Part shown: in pieces, positions 9,397 to 19,426 of the stretch
How positions within the stretch are numbered: the stretch's first letter is position 1
Layout of the letters: every line of letters begins with the position of its first letter
Source: a virus
Strand: one strand, 5' to 3'
Virus record (IMG/VR): IMGVR_UViG_3300037808_001133
Location: 4,601-68,600 of that record
DNA length: 64,000 nucleotides
The notes under the pieces: generated by a model
Seen by the model: the letters and a program-made list of their open reading frames with translations, nothing else
Databases searched by the model: none
What the model was told of the DNA's origin: nothing
Translations under genes and position numbers: made by a program

Positions 9397-11148
9397 ATGC
9401 CCGGTCCCAATTTACTCGTCGCCGATCAAGGCCCGCTCGGCGCAGGCGTAGCCTCTGTCCATGAGTTGCAAGGCGGGCGGTTCGCTCGGCAAATCGGGAA
9501 CTCAGACGCAGACATGCGTGCTGTCGCTGCCGTGACTGCCGGTGCGGCGAACGCGTTCATGTGGAACACAGTCACCTGGTTTCTAGGCAAACAGTATTGG
9601 CTAGGCGGGGCCTCGGTGGGGCCGCGCATGTGGCTCAAGGTTCATAATCCGGCAACCGACACCTGGGATACCGTCTTGGAGAAAATCTCCAACTGGGTGA
9701 TTGGTGGACTGATTGTCGTTCAGACTTCCTCTGGACCAGCGCTCGTGATCGTTGCCGGTGACTCTGCCACCATGGGGTTCGTTCGCACGTTCGACGGGGT
9801 GACATTCACGGCGACCGTCTACGGCGGCAACAAGACAAGCTCAACCAGCCGCCCTGGGAACATTATCGCGCACGGCGGGCTCGTGTTTGTTCATAACCCA
9901 GGCTCGCCAACTACAGCGGGCAACCGCCAGACCTTCGATCCCGTATCGCTCTCGATTGGGCAGTTCGCTGTCTCAGGAACCGCTGGCGGTTTCGTGAACA
10001 TGACCGGCTCGTTCTTCAAGTTCGACGGTCGCTTTTGGCATATCTGCGGGTCGGGCTCTTCGCCGGGCAGCGCCGCGAGCCCTGCCGTTCTCACAGAGTT
10101 CGCATTCGGATCGTGGTCTTATCGCGGCTTCGGGTCTGGCTACGGCGGCGTTCAAATGTATCTCGGGGACGACACCTCGGGAGCACTGGCAAACATGAAG
10201 TGCGCCGCCGTCGTCGTGGACGACGACACCGTGCTCGTGTTCGGGACCGGGCACGCTGGCGGTGGCGGGCTTCCCGTGTTCTACGCCTATGAGTTGACTC
10301 TAAGCGCGGGCTCTGGCAGTCAGCTTGTTGCGGCAGACGTGACCAGCACCTACGACCCCGGCGGGCTTGGAGGCGACACCACTAACTATTTGATAAACAA
10401 TATCGGCAGAGGCCCAGACGGGTATTGGTATCTCGCGTTCGCGAATGACGACACGCTGACCGGCCTCGGCCTCGTGCGCGTGGTCAAAGGTTCGGCGTGG
10501 CAAGACGCGGGATCAATGGGAGCGAGCACCGCATACGCGATCTCACTCGCGACGCTTGACGGAGGGGAACGCCGCGACTCACGCGGAACGCTTCCGCTCG
10601 TGAAGCCAGCACCAGCGGGCTCGCCGTCGAGTTCGGCTGGGCCAACTGGCCTTCTGCAAAACTTCCGCATGGACGGCGACCCGCTCATCGCCTTGATAGG
10701 CGCAACGGCGGCAGGTCCGTTCGTGGACGGGGAGGCAATTTCTTGGACTGGTGGAAGCGGAATCATCCTTGCCTTCAGCGCCACCGAGGTCCAAATACAC
10801 ACGGTTGTTGGAGTGGTTCCGGACGGGCTTCTGGTCACCGGAGCAGGCGGCGCCAACGCGACGTGCTCGACGAGCTCGGGAAACGGGCAGGCACACACGG
10901 CTCGGCTGATCTACTTCCGCGACGCAGCCAACACCGGCCTCGGAGCTCCCAGCTTGATCGGCACACTTGTCGCCGGCTCTGGCGTGAATTGCGTGGTGAG
11001 CAAGGGCACCGGCCCAGGCGGAAGCGACGAGGTCATCACGGACGCGGATGGAAGCGGAACCATCAAGACCTTCGAGTGGGATTTCCTGGCAGATTCTATC
11101 TTTGCCTTTGTCGCGGAGAACGTGAAGCTGCAAGCCTCGCGAGTCTAA
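9397..11148 (+). CDS. large beta-propeller-like virion protein
   Basis: 583 aa, Gly/Ser/aromatic-rich, SD AGGAG. Confidence 0.65.
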   Translation: MPGPNLLVADQGPLGAGVASVHELQGGRFARQIGNSDADMRAVAAVTAGAANAFMWNTVTWFLGKQYWLGGASVGPRMWLKVHNPATDTWDTVLEKISNWVIGGLIVVQTSSGPALVIVAGDSATMGFVRTFDGVTFTATVYGGNKTSSTSRPGNIIAHGGLVFVHNPGSPTTAGNRQTFDPVSLSIGQFAVSGTAGGFVNMTGSFFKFDGRFWHICGSGSSPGSAASPAVLTEFAFGSWSYRGFGSGYGGVQMYLGDDTSGALANMKCAAVVVDDDTVLVFGTGHAGGGGLPVFYAYELTLSAGSGSQLVAADVTSTYDPGGLGGDTTNYLINNIGRGPDGYWYLAFANDDTLTGLGLVRVVKGSAWQDAGSMGASTAYAISLATLDGGERRDSRGTLPLVKPAPAGSPSSSAGPTGLLQNFRMDGDPLIALIGATAAGPFVDGEAISWTGGSGIILAFSATEVQIHTVVGVVPDGLLVTGAGGANATCSTSSGNGQAHTARLIYFRDAANTGLGAPSLIGTLVAGSGVNCVVSKGTGPGGSDEVITDADGSGTIKTFEWDFLADSIFAFVAENVKLQASRV

Positions 11149-11164
11149 GAAGGGCGGCTGCTCG

Positions 11165-13903
11165 GTGTCTAAATCACGCTCTGTTTTTGTCGTGGCTCGG
11201 CCGATGGTCAACGGCTGGGGACTGTATGAGGAATACAGCAGGGGCACCCTTTACCTCGGCAGGATCAACGGAGACGCCGCGCTCGCGAACGAGAACACGG
11301 CGGTAAACGTGGAGTGGCGAGCATTCGACCGCTCTGCGTTTGCGTCTGTAGACGTGCCGCCACAAGCGGCGACGCCGGCACAGACTGGAAGCCATAGAAT
11401 CTTTTGGTTCCAGCAGAACGCGATCCAGGAAAGCGTCTCCCTGCCGGTCCCATTCTCTGTCGTTCACACCGTGGTCGGCATGCAGAACGTGCTCGACTTC
11501 GGTCTGCACACCGGCCTCTACAACGTCTTGGGATTCGACGGGCTGCGCTACCTTTGCGGCCTCTACCCAGGCGCGCTAGCTGGCGAGACTGGCTGGGTGA
11601 AGTGGAACCCGCGCACGAACGTGTGGACCAGCGGGATCGTCGCGGGCACGACGCGGCCGAGCGGTAACCGCATGGGTCCGTGTGTCGCGTTCGACGCGCA
11701 ACTGTGCCACGCGAACAACGGCGTGCTCACGATGTTCGACCCTGCCGGCGAGACGATAAACCAGATCCCCTACGCGGACGGCTCAAGCATCGACCGAGTC
11801 GTGGTGTCTTCGGGAGGGCTGTTCATAGTTTCGGCTGGAGCTGGACAGATCAAGGTGCACCAACTTGCGTTTGGGCTGCACGAGATTAGCAACCCAGGCG
11901 CGCACGCGATCAACATCGCAGGCGGCGGCGAGTTCGCGCTGATGCGCTTCGGGTCGGTGGACGACCATAATCTGTTTTACATCATGTTCTATACGACGAC
12001 CGGCGGCACGGGATCGAAGTGCTACAAGGTCGAGACGTCAGGCCCATCGCCTGTCGTCACCGAGACCACGGCCATGGTTCCGACGGCCCTTGAGTTCAGC
12101 CAGCTCGCCGTGCCACCGTTCACGGTCTTCTTTGAAAACAGGCAGTGGCCTGGTGGAACGGCGCACCCCGACGACTGCTATGAGACCTGCTTCGACAACG
12201 TCGATTTTGTGCCTTACGTTCCGAGCGTTGCGGCGCCCTGGGGCCACTGCAAACTGATCCGAACAACCCCACCTGGGACGATCATTTACAACCCGCTGAA
12301 GTTCAACGGCGAGGGCGTCGCCATGAACCAGGAGGCGCTGGGTTCGCCGCCTGGAGGATTCACTGGCGCCGACTTCCTCACCCGCTCGCTGTCCGTCTCT
12401 TCGAGCTGGCTCGGCGGCGACGATACGCGGAACAACGAAGGTCGCCCGAAGGCGTGGCCTATAAGCGCGGTGGAATACTCGGACGCGACGACGCCCAGGG
12501 GTTTGCTCGTCACGTTCTGGCTTGAAGGTTCTGGCGCTGGCGGCGTGTCCGACGTGCTGATTCTCATCGGCAGGAACCGCATGCGCCCTAACCAGGTCGC
12601 GACGCTCGTGGCTGGGAATCCCGTGATCGACTACGGCGGCACGGCGCAATTCAACAATGCGCTGAACCGCCTGGAGAAGTGCAACGAGTCGTGGACGGGC
12701 GGCCCTGGGAACCAGAACCGGGTCTATGACTACGCGCCGCAAACGGTCGGCAAAGTGATCGAGCCCGGCACGACCTTGTCGGAGTTTCCTGCTGGCACCA
12801 AGGGCGGCGTGAATGTCTTCGCCTCGCCGCTCGCCGCCCCGAGACCTGCCCGCATTTACATGATCGAGACGAGCGCGGTTTTCATTGCCGCCGAGACGTT
12901 CCAGCAGAACGGAGGGCTGAACAACGGCGAGCTATTCGACCTGGGCAACGGACTCAGCTCTATCGTTCACCAGGCGATCATTGACCTCGGCGCGATACCG
13001 GACGGCGAGACGATCACCATCCAGCCGCTCATGTTCGGGACGGGCATGGTTGGCAATCCGCTCGCAGACGACTCGACATATTCCGGCTGGACGTTGGAGC
13101 ACCTAGTCGGACCAGGCGCGGTGCCGTTCCAGATCGACGCGGAAGGCCCGACCGTTGACACGTTCACGGAGTCGGTCGGAGGATCGGGCGACTCGGAAGG
13201 CCCGACCGTGGACACGCTAATGCAGTCCGCTTCAGCGTCTTCGGACTCGGAAGGCCCGACCGTGGACACACTCACCCAGGGCGGCGGCGGCGACTCCGAG
13301 GGGCCGGTGGTGGACTTGCTGCCGACGACGCTGCTGACTCCCCAGGACATCCTGCGCGGCCGTGGCTCCGAGCTCGCAGAGGAAGGCGGCGGCGTGATCG
13401 CGTGGCTGGCCGACGGCGTCGAGGGATCGGCGCGCAACGTCCTCAACGTGACGAACAACGGCAAGCCAGGCGAAGCGGCCGCGCTCTCGCTCGGCGCGAT
13501 CCCAGCCTTGAGCCTCACGCTCGACGGGATCATAGAGCTCGGTCGCGTTCTCGTGGACTGCGTCGCGAACCCAGCCAACACGACGTTCCCCGTCGTTGAC
13601 GTGACGGCGCTCGGGCTGTCGGTTGTCGGCGTTGCCGAGGTCAAGGTTCACTTGGTCGCGGCTGTTGGCGTGGTCGGTATGCCGACGATCGGCCTCGGGG
13701 TCGGCGGTGCTTACGACGATCAAGTTCCAGCAACGCCCGTGTCACTGGGTGCCGTTGGCTTTCACGAAGAACTCCCCGTGTTGCAGCCGCGCCCCGTACT
13801 CCGTCCAGGCGACGTCCTCGAGGTCGAGTTGGACGTGGTCGCCGCCGGGACGACGACGTATCAACTGGAGGTCGTCGTGTATGGCTTCCACCGAATCCCA
13901 TAG
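11165..13903 (+). CDS. large multidomain virion/appendage protein
   Basis: 912 aa, beta-rich, internal DSEGPTVD repeats, decoration-like C-terminal domain. Confidence 0.65.
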   Translation: MSKSRSVFVVARPMVNGWGLYEEYSRGTLYLGRINGDAALANENTAVNVEWRAFDRSAFASVDVPPQAATPAQTGSHRIFWFQQNAIQESVSLPVPFSVVHTVVGMQNVLDFGLHTGLYNVLGFDGLRYLCGLYPGALAGETGWVKWNPRTNVWTSGIVAGTTRPSGNRMGPCVAFDAQLCHANNGVLTMFDPAGETINQIPYADGSSIDRVVVSSGGLFIVSAGAGQIKVHQLAFGLHEISNPGAHAINIAGGGEFALMRFGSVDDHNLFYIMFYTTTGGTGSKCYKVETSGPSPVVTETTAMVPTALEFSQLAVPPFTVFFENRQWPGGTAHPDDCYETCFDNVDFVPYVPSVAAPWGHCKLIRTTPPGTIIYNPLKFNGEGVAMNQEALGSPPGGFTGADFLTRSLSVSSSWLGGDDTRNNEGRPKAWPISAVEYSDATTPRGLLVTFWLEGSGAGGVSDVLILIGRNRMRPNQVATLVAGNPVIDYGGTAQFNNALNRLEKCNESWTGGPGNQNRVYDYAPQTVGKVIEPGTTLSEFPAGTKGGVNVFASPLAAPRPARIYMIETSAVFIAAETFQQNGGLNNGELFDLGNGLSSIVHQAIIDLGAIPDGETITIQPLMFGTGMVGNPLADDSTYSGWTLEHLVGPGAVPFQIDAEGPTVDTFTESVGGSGDSEGPTVDTLMQSASASSDSEGPTVDTLTQGGGGDSEGPVVDLLPTTLLTPQDILRGRGSELAEEGGGVIAWLADGVEGSARNVLNVTNNGKPGEAAALSLGAIPALSLTLDGIIELGRVLVDCVANPANTTFPVVDVTALGLSVVGVAEVKVHLVAAVGVVGMPTIGLGVGGAYDDQVPATPVSLGAVGFHEELPVLQPRPVLRPGDVLEVELDVVAAGTTTYQLEVVVYGFHRIP
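13136..13315 (+). repeat. four intragenic repeats encoding D(A/S)EGP(T/V)VD
   Basis: GACTCGGAAGGCCCGACCGTGGACAC-like units at 13136, 13190, 13244 and 13292. Confidence 0.9.
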
Positions 13904-13912
13904 GAGAGATCA

Positions 13913-14491
13913 ATGCCCGGTGCAGCAAGCGCAGGAAGAGGAAGCGAACCCGTATCGCAAGGCGGCGGCATTGCGCTGCGGTTGGACGGCTCGCCGATCG
14001 GCGTCCCTCGCGACACGGTCAACCTTTTGACGAGCCCAGGGATCACGCCAACCGTCACTGACGATCCGACACCGGGAAGCGAAAAGGCGGACGTCGGCTT
14101 CGACTTGTCGGCAGTGGTATTGCTCGTTGCGCCGATCACGGGCGCGGACCTCGTGGCTGGCGTCGGCACGCTGAACCTCATTCCGGCTCTCGCGGGAGCA
14201 ACGCGGCTCATTGTGGACCGCGTTCAGATCGTTCCGGAGACCGTCGACGGTGCACCCGGCGTGCAGCCAATCATTCAAGTCGAAACGCCCGCCGGCGTCG
14301 GCGATCACGTCGCGAGCGGCGCGTTGCTTGTCACGGGCGACAACTTGCAAGACCTTCCCATGGTCACTCCGCGCCCGATCCTTGACTCTGTCGGCGCGAA
14401 CAACTTGTTGAACCTCGTCCAGACAGGGCTTGCCACGGCAACGAACTACACGGTGACCGTTCTCGTATGGGGCTACGTCCTCACGCCATAG
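13913..14491 (+). CDS. virion protein resembling the C-terminus of the upstream gene
   Basis: GIALRLDG...RDTVNL versus GVIAWLADG...RNVLNV; both end in V.V(Y/W)G(F/Y). Confidence 0.6.
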   Translation: MPGAASAGRGSEPVSQGGGIALRLDGSPIGVPRDTVNLLTSPGITPTVTDDPTPGSEKADVGFDLSAVVLLVAPITGADLVAGVGTLNLIPALAGATRLIVDRVQIVPETVDGAPGVQPIIQVETPAGVGDHVASGALLVTGDNLQDLPMVTPRPILDSVGANNLLNLVQTGLATATNYTVTVLVWGYVLTP

Positions 14492-14506
14492 GCGAGCTTG
14501 CCGTAG

Positions 14507-14535
14507 TTGCCTTTCGTATTCCCGTGCGGTAGCGT
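14507..14535 (+). promoter_or_regulatory. sigma70-type promoter candidate TTGCCT-N17-TAGCGT
   Basis: Intergenic, immediately before the protease-capsid operon. Confidence 0.5.
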
Positions 14536-14543
14536 GACTCTCG

Positions 14544-16424
14544 GTGAGCACGACCAACCGCCCAACGGGCGGAGGGGATAGACAATCTGTGTCGTTGCTC
14601 ACCAGCAAAGACAATCGTGCTGAGGCGTTGGGGTCGAAAGGCCCCAACGCTGATCGCGTTTTCCAGACGAGCTTGCGCCTACGCCTTCAGTCCTTCAAAG
14701 AGGCTGTCAAGAGCGGCGAGGTTCCCGAAGGAACAATCTGGCTCGTTCGAATTATCGAAGCGGGGCAATCACTCAACGGCAAGCTCTACACCGAGGAAGC
14801 GCTTCGCGCAGCAGCCCCGGTGTTCGAAGGCGTCACGGTTCAGAACTACGCGTGGAGCCAAGACCCAGCTGCCGACGACGCCGACCACATTCCAGACGCG
14901 GTCACAGCTGTCGACGCTCGCGGCCTCAACGGGAACCAGGTCGGTTCGCTTGAGGGCGTTCACTTCAACGAGACCGCGAAGTCGCTCGACGGCTTCCTCA
15001 AGGTCTACGACCAGACCTTCCGCGAGCACTTGCTCACGGCGTTCAAGCTCGGGGACATTGGCGAAGGCGGCATGCGTGACGCCTTCGGGTTCTCAATCGA
15101 CGCGGACGGTATCGCGGACGAGCAAGGGAACGTGATCAGCATTACAGCTGCTCACGAGCTCACGGCTGTAAACAATCCTGCGGCTGGCGGTCGGGTTCGA
15201 CGCCTCGTTGCCTCGACTGGCCTTGTCGGAACAAAGACCGGCTCGCCAGCGCGAGCCTCTACAGAGGAGTACATCGTGGCGAACAAGTCAAAGCTCATGG
15301 AGAAACTGGGACGCCGGATTGCCCTCCGCGAGAACGCGCTCGAGGACAAGGCGCGCATGGAAATGATCATGCGTGCGTTCACCGACGAGTTGGACTCCCT
15401 CCGCTACGGCAAAATGTCCGACGCGACGACCGAAGAGAAGGTCGCGTTCGCGACTGACTTGACCCGCGACCTCGCCGCGGCCCTCGGCGGTGCCGGTGGT
15501 ATGCAGGAGTCGCTCAAGGTCGCAGCCCTCAAAGAGAACGCGGCAACCGTCGCTGGTCAGCTGAAGCTCTGGGCCGACCAGCTGTCCACCGCAGCTGACG
15601 AAGAGGTGCCCGCGCTGCTTGAGCAGATCAGGGACGAAATCACGAAGGCGCTGGACGAGTTGTCCGGGCAAGAGACAACCGAAGAACCCGAGTCGGAAAC
15701 CGACCAGGAGGCCGAAGTGGCAAAGACCAACGAAACCGAAGAAGTCGCGAGCGCGACTCAGGACGACTTCGCCCGCATGAGCGCTGGCATGACCGAGAAG
15801 CTCAGCGAGGCCCTCAAGAGCGGCGACGCTTCGAAGCTTCGCGAAGCCGCCGTCGAGATCGTCGGCGAGGAGCCGCAGCTAGACGAGAAGGACAAGACGA
15901 TCGCGGCCCTCAAGGAGAAGCTTGAAGGCCAAGCGATTTCCAGCGCCATGAGCAAGCTCGCCGAGAGCCTCGCTGACGGCGCCGGTCCTACCGTGCTTCG
16001 CCTGATCGACAGGAACACGCTCACGTTCAACGAAGACTACAGCGAGGTCAGCGGGCTCAAGGAAGCGATCAAAGCGATCGTCAAAGAGTTCCCAGGCTTT
16101 GGCCGTGTCGCCGAGTCCGTGGTCAAGGAGGAGGAGGCCGTTGTCGCCGCCGCCGCCGCCGCACCCGCGAAGGTTGCCGAGGCCGTCCCCGCGACTCCTC
16201 AGCAGCTTGCCGAGGCAATCGTGGCCGCTGACGCCGCACCCGCAACCGCCGCACCCGCCGCGATCGGTCAGGACGTTGTCCTGCGCGAGTCGGTCGGAGC
16301 CGGTTCCCTTGAAGCCACGCCCGCTCGCCTGAGCCAGCTGCGTCGCTACCAGAAGTCCATGAAGGCCGGAAACGTGAAGGCCATGAAGAAGCACCGCGAC
16401 TTGCGGACCCGTTTGGGTCTGTAG
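14544..16424 (+). CDS. prohead protease-scaffold fusion
   Basis: IIEAGQSLNGKLYTEEAL, GFSID and NPAAGG protease motifs; coiled-coil C-terminal part; precedes the capsid gene; start uncertain. Confidence 0.8.
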   Translation: MSTTNRPTGGGDRQSVSLLTSKDNRAEALGSKGPNADRVFQTSLRLRLQSFKEAVKSGEVPEGTIWLVRIIEAGQSLNGKLYTEEALRAAAPVFEGVTVQNYAWSQDPAADDADHIPDAVTAVDARGLNGNQVGSLEGVHFNETAKSLDGFLKVYDQTFREHLLTAFKLGDIGEGGMRDAFGFSIDADGIADEQGNVISITAAHELTAVNNPAAGGRVRRLVASTGLVGTKTGSPARASTEEYIVANKSKLMEKLGRRIALRENALEDKARMEMIMRAFTDELDSLRYGKMSDATTEEKVAFATDLTRDLAAALGGAGGMQESLKVAALKENAATVAGQLKLWADQLSTAADEEVPALLEQIRDEITKALDELSGQETTEEPESETDQEAEVAKTNETEEVASATQDDFARMSAGMTEKLSEALKSGDASKLREAAVEIVGEEPQLDEKDKTIAALKEKLEGQAISSAMSKLAESLADGAGPTVLRLIDRNTLTFNEDYSEVSGLKEAIKAIVKEFPGFGRVAESVVKEEEAVVAAAAAAPAKVAEAVPATPQQLAEAIVAADAAPATAAPAAIGQDVVLRESVGAGSLEATPARLSQLRRYQKSMKAGNVKAMKKHRDLRTRLGL

Positions 16425-16465
16425 GCGTCGGCTGAAGACAGAACACAAGCAAGCAAGGATAAAAC

Positions 16466-17635
16466 ATGGCTGACAAGTTCACCTTCTCTGCCGGCACTAA
16501 CCTTCCCGAGATCGCGGAAGAGGTTGCGTCGGAAATCGCATTCATTACACGGAGCCTCTCGCCGCTCTTGGTCGAGTTGGGCTTCCCTGGCGACCTGGAC
16601 CAGGTCGGTAGCACGAAGCACGATTGGCAAGAGGACGCCCTCCTGCCCAACTCGGGCACGATCGACGCCGGCGGTGGTCTTGCTCCTGGCGTGACCGCCC
16701 TCGTCTTCGACACTCCTCAGGGACTTAACTTCCTGATCGGTGACGAGCTACAGGTTGAGGGCTCGACTGAAATCATGGTCGTCGTCGCGCCTGCGCCGAC
16801 TGCAACCGTGGTCAACGTGACTCGTGGTGCGAAGGGCACCGTCGCGATCACGATTCCCGACAACTCGCTCGTCAAGCGGATTAGCAATCCCGCCGTCGAG
16901 AACGAGACTGCCCCTGCTGCACGTCCGACCAACCGCTCGCGGTTGTCGAACTACACGCAGATTTTCCGCAACACCGCTTCGGTGACGCGCTCCATGCAGA
17001 ACGTGACCCTGCTCGGCGGGATCGCTGACGAAATGGAGCACCAGGTCGACCGGGTGATCAAGGACCTCGTGCGTGACCTCGCTCACTCCGTGGTCCGTGG
17101 CAAGGCCCAGACGGTCAACCCCGAAGGCACCGCTGCGATTCCCCGTACCATGAACGGGATCATTCAGTCGATCCTGGCTGGCGCGAACCCTTCGGTTCAG
17201 GACGCTGGCGGCGCGGGCCTCGACGAGAGCCGCTTGAACCTCCTCATGGAGGACATGTGGACCAAGGGCGGCACGCCTCGTCTTCTCGCTGCGCCTCCTG
17301 CGCAGCGCCGTCGCCTGTCGGCCCTGCTCCAGGGTCGTCAGCGCTACCGCGTCGAAGACAGCACCCTCGGTGCGGTCGTCGAGCGCTTCGTCTCCGACTT
17401 CGGCGAGATCGACGTTCTCGCTGCGGACATTTTCATTCCGTCGAACGTCGTGCTCGTCCTCGACCCCGCGAAGATTCGCATGGTCAAGCTCGGTGGCGGC
17501 GATCCGTTTGAGGTCATGCCTCTCGCTCAGCTTGGCCTGTCCATGCAGCGTGAGGTCGTCACCGAGGTCGGTATCGAGATCGAGAACGCTGGTGACGGCG
17601 GACAAGGAATGATCACGAACCTGGCAACTGCCTAA
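16466..17635 (+). CDS. major capsid protein (SU10/DUF5309-like)
   Basis: HDWQED, NYTQIFRNTASVT, RTMNGI and FVSDFG motifs. Confidence 0.88.
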   Translation: MADKFTFSAGTNLPEIAEEVASEIAFITRSLSPLLVELGFPGDLDQVGSTKHDWQEDALLPNSGTIDAGGGLAPGVTALVFDTPQGLNFLIGDELQVEGSTEIMVVVAPAPTATVVNVTRGAKGTVAITIPDNSLVKRISNPAVENETAPAARPTNRSRLSNYTQIFRNTASVTRSMQNVTLLGGIADEMEHQVDRVIKDLVRDLAHSVVRGKAQTVNPEGTAAIPRTMNGIIQSILAGANPSVQDAGGAGLDESRLNLLMEDMWTKGGTPRLLAAPPAQRRRLSALLQGRQRYRVEDSTLGAVVERFVSDFGEIDVLAADIFIPSNVVLVLDPAKIRMVKLGGGDPFEVMPLAQLGLSMQREVVTEVGIEIENAGDGGQGMITNLATA

Positions 17636-17667
17636 ACGCAAAGCCAGGGCCTGGTTCTGATACCCTG

Positions 17668-17698
17668 ACGGCCAGCCCTGCGAGGGGCTGGCCGTTTT
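17668..17698 (+). terminator. intrinsic terminator after the capsid gene
   Basis: ACGGCCAGCCCT-GCGA-GGGGCTGGCCGT-TTT. Confidence 0.75.
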
Positions 17699-17734
17699 CG
17701 GCTGTACGACAAAGGCAACCAGAGGAGACCTCAC

Positions 17735-18610
17735 GTGGCAAAGAAGAAGCAGTTCAAGGCATTCAAGATTCACCACCCGTTCAACTCGGCAAGCGGCAAG
17801 CGCTACCGAAGGACCGAATACCTCCAAGCCACCTCCAAGGGCCAGGAGGACGAGTTGCGAAAGGCTCAGTTCGCGCAGGAGCTCGACGCCGGAACAAAGG
17901 CACCGCCAGCCGCTCCCGCTGCGCCAGCTGCCGCGCCGAAGCCAGCCGTTGACCCCAACGCACCCGTATCGCCCGACTGGTCCTTCCAGACGATCAAGCA
18001 AATGCGCGAATGGCTCGACGCGTCAGGCGTCGTGCTTTGCGGCCCACGATCCACCAAAGCGACTCACGAGAAGCTTTGCGCGGCCGCTTGGGCCTCGGGG
18101 TCGAAACCGAATCCCCTCTACGGCTACCCGGGCGGTCCTGTCCCGAGTCCCGGGTTCTCAGCGCTCACCGAACCCGGGGCTGCTGGGCTCGCAGCTGCGA
18201 TTGACGCGGCGAAGGCAGCAGGGTTCTCGGTCGAGGCCGCGCTGGCCGAACTTGAAGCACTTAGCACCGCTGACGCGACACCGACACCCGAGCCCGAGCC
18301 CCAAGACACCGGAGAAGGCACCAAAGAGCCCGCTGGCGCTCCTGAAACCGAAGAAACGACTGGAACCCCGGAGTCAGCAAACGAGACCCCTGGTGAGGCT
18401 CCAGCGACGCCGTGTGAAGGCTGCGACGACGGGACACCCGCTACAACCGAGGACAGCGAGGGAACGCCCCTCTGCGGCGAGTGCTACGCGTTCCTCGTGA
18501 CCGACGCCGACGCCGACGGCCTACCGACCACCGTCCTTCCCGAGGGCGAGACCGAATATCCCGTCAAGTCCGACGCGACAGCCGACACGCCAGCCACCCG
18601 CGAGGAGTAA
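17735..18610 (+). CDS. low-complexity Pro/Glu/Ala-rich protein after the capsid gene
   Basis: SD GAGGAG with GTG start; small helical domain plus a CxxC...CxxC pair. Confidence 0.65.
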   Translation: MAKKKQFKAFKIHHPFNSASGKRYRRTEYLQATSKGQEDELRKAQFAQELDAGTKAPPAAPAAPAAAPKPAVDPNAPVSPDWSFQTIKQMREWLDASGVVLCGPRSTKATHEKLCAAAWASGSKPNPLYGYPGGPVPSPGFSALTEPGAAGLAAAIDAAKAAGFSVEAALAELEALSTADATPTPEPEPQDTGEGTKEPAGAPETEETTGTPESANETPGEAPATPCEGCDDGTPATTEDSEGTPLCGECYAFLVTDADADGLPTTVLPEGETEYPVKSDATADTPATREE

Positions 18611-18613
18611 CCC

Positions 18614-19426
18614 GTGAGCCTGACCTTCGATCACCCGCACGTCGAGACCGGCGACAGCGGTGCCGCCTTGTCCGGGTGGGAGGTCACGGGCTTCGGGTTT
18701 GAGAACAACGACCACGGGCGCGTCTACGTCAGGCTCAACGGCGCGACGGTCGAAGCTTCGAAGAACCGGGCGTTCACGAGCCTTGTCGCGACCGGTCCTG
18801 ACGTCGCAGCGGACACTCAGCTTGTTCTTGCGCCGTCAGGCCCGACTGGTCTCGGCTTGACGGCGCATAGGACCTCCGGACAGATCCCTGCGGTGGGCGC
18901 GACACCGATTACGGTCTGGCTATTCCTGGCGAACGAGACCGACCTTCGCCGGAAGGACAATCAGCTGAGCACAATGCTGCTCAGGGGAGAGGTCGACTTC
19001 CTTCACCCATTGCTCGAGACCATGCAGGAGTTCCTGACTCGCATGGCTGCGATCTATCCGCCGGCCCCGACGACGGGTTACCCGAACGACTTGATCCCGA
19101 ACCCGCTTGAGAACGCTCGCAACGGCTCGCCCGAGTGGTACGCGCAGTTCTTCTGGAGCTTGAACTACCTCGGCGAGTTTGAAATCACCGGGCTGCAGAA
19201 CCCTGGCGACTACCGCCTTTGGTTCGTGAACCAATGCCTCGCGACGATCTACGGGCGCAAGGCCAGGACCGGCGACGAGAGCGACCCGCTCTTCACGCGG
19301 CAGTTCTCGTTCCAGGTCGAGGCCGACCGGCTTTGGTCTATCACGAAGCCATGGGTCACGCTCAGCAAAGACAACACCGCCGACCGCCAGCCCAAGATTC
19401 GCAACGTCAGGCTCAGGCGTGGCTAA
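18614..19426 (+). CDS. head-tail adaptor candidate
   Basis: Position; C-terminal NVRLRRG typical of adaptors. Confidence 0.55.
   Translation: MSLTFDHPHVETGDSGAALSGWEVTGFGFENNDHGRVYVRLNGATVEASKNRAFTSLVATGPDVAADTQLVLAPSGPTGLGLTAHRTSGQIPAVGATPITVWLFLANETDLRRKDNQLSTMLLRGEVDFLHPLLETMQEFLTRMAAIYPPAPTTGYPNDLIPNPLENARNGSPEWYAQFFWSLNYLGEFEITGLQNPGDYRLWFVNQCLATIYGRKARTGDESDPLFTRQFSFQVEADRLWSITKPWVTLSKDNTADRQPKIRNVRLRRG

Noticed and set aside
13136-13315. CRISPR-like repeat-spacer pattern
   Set aside because: The repeats are in frame inside a long ORF, vary at synonymous positions, are not palindromic and have no cas genes nearby.
16748-18001. Long antisense ORFs (also 3142-4086, 8167-9189, 33922-34890, 45471-46373, 50069-51052, 59756-60742, 60950-61963)
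   Set aside because: Shadows of well-supported genes in high-GC DNA, with no motifs or ribosome-binding sites.
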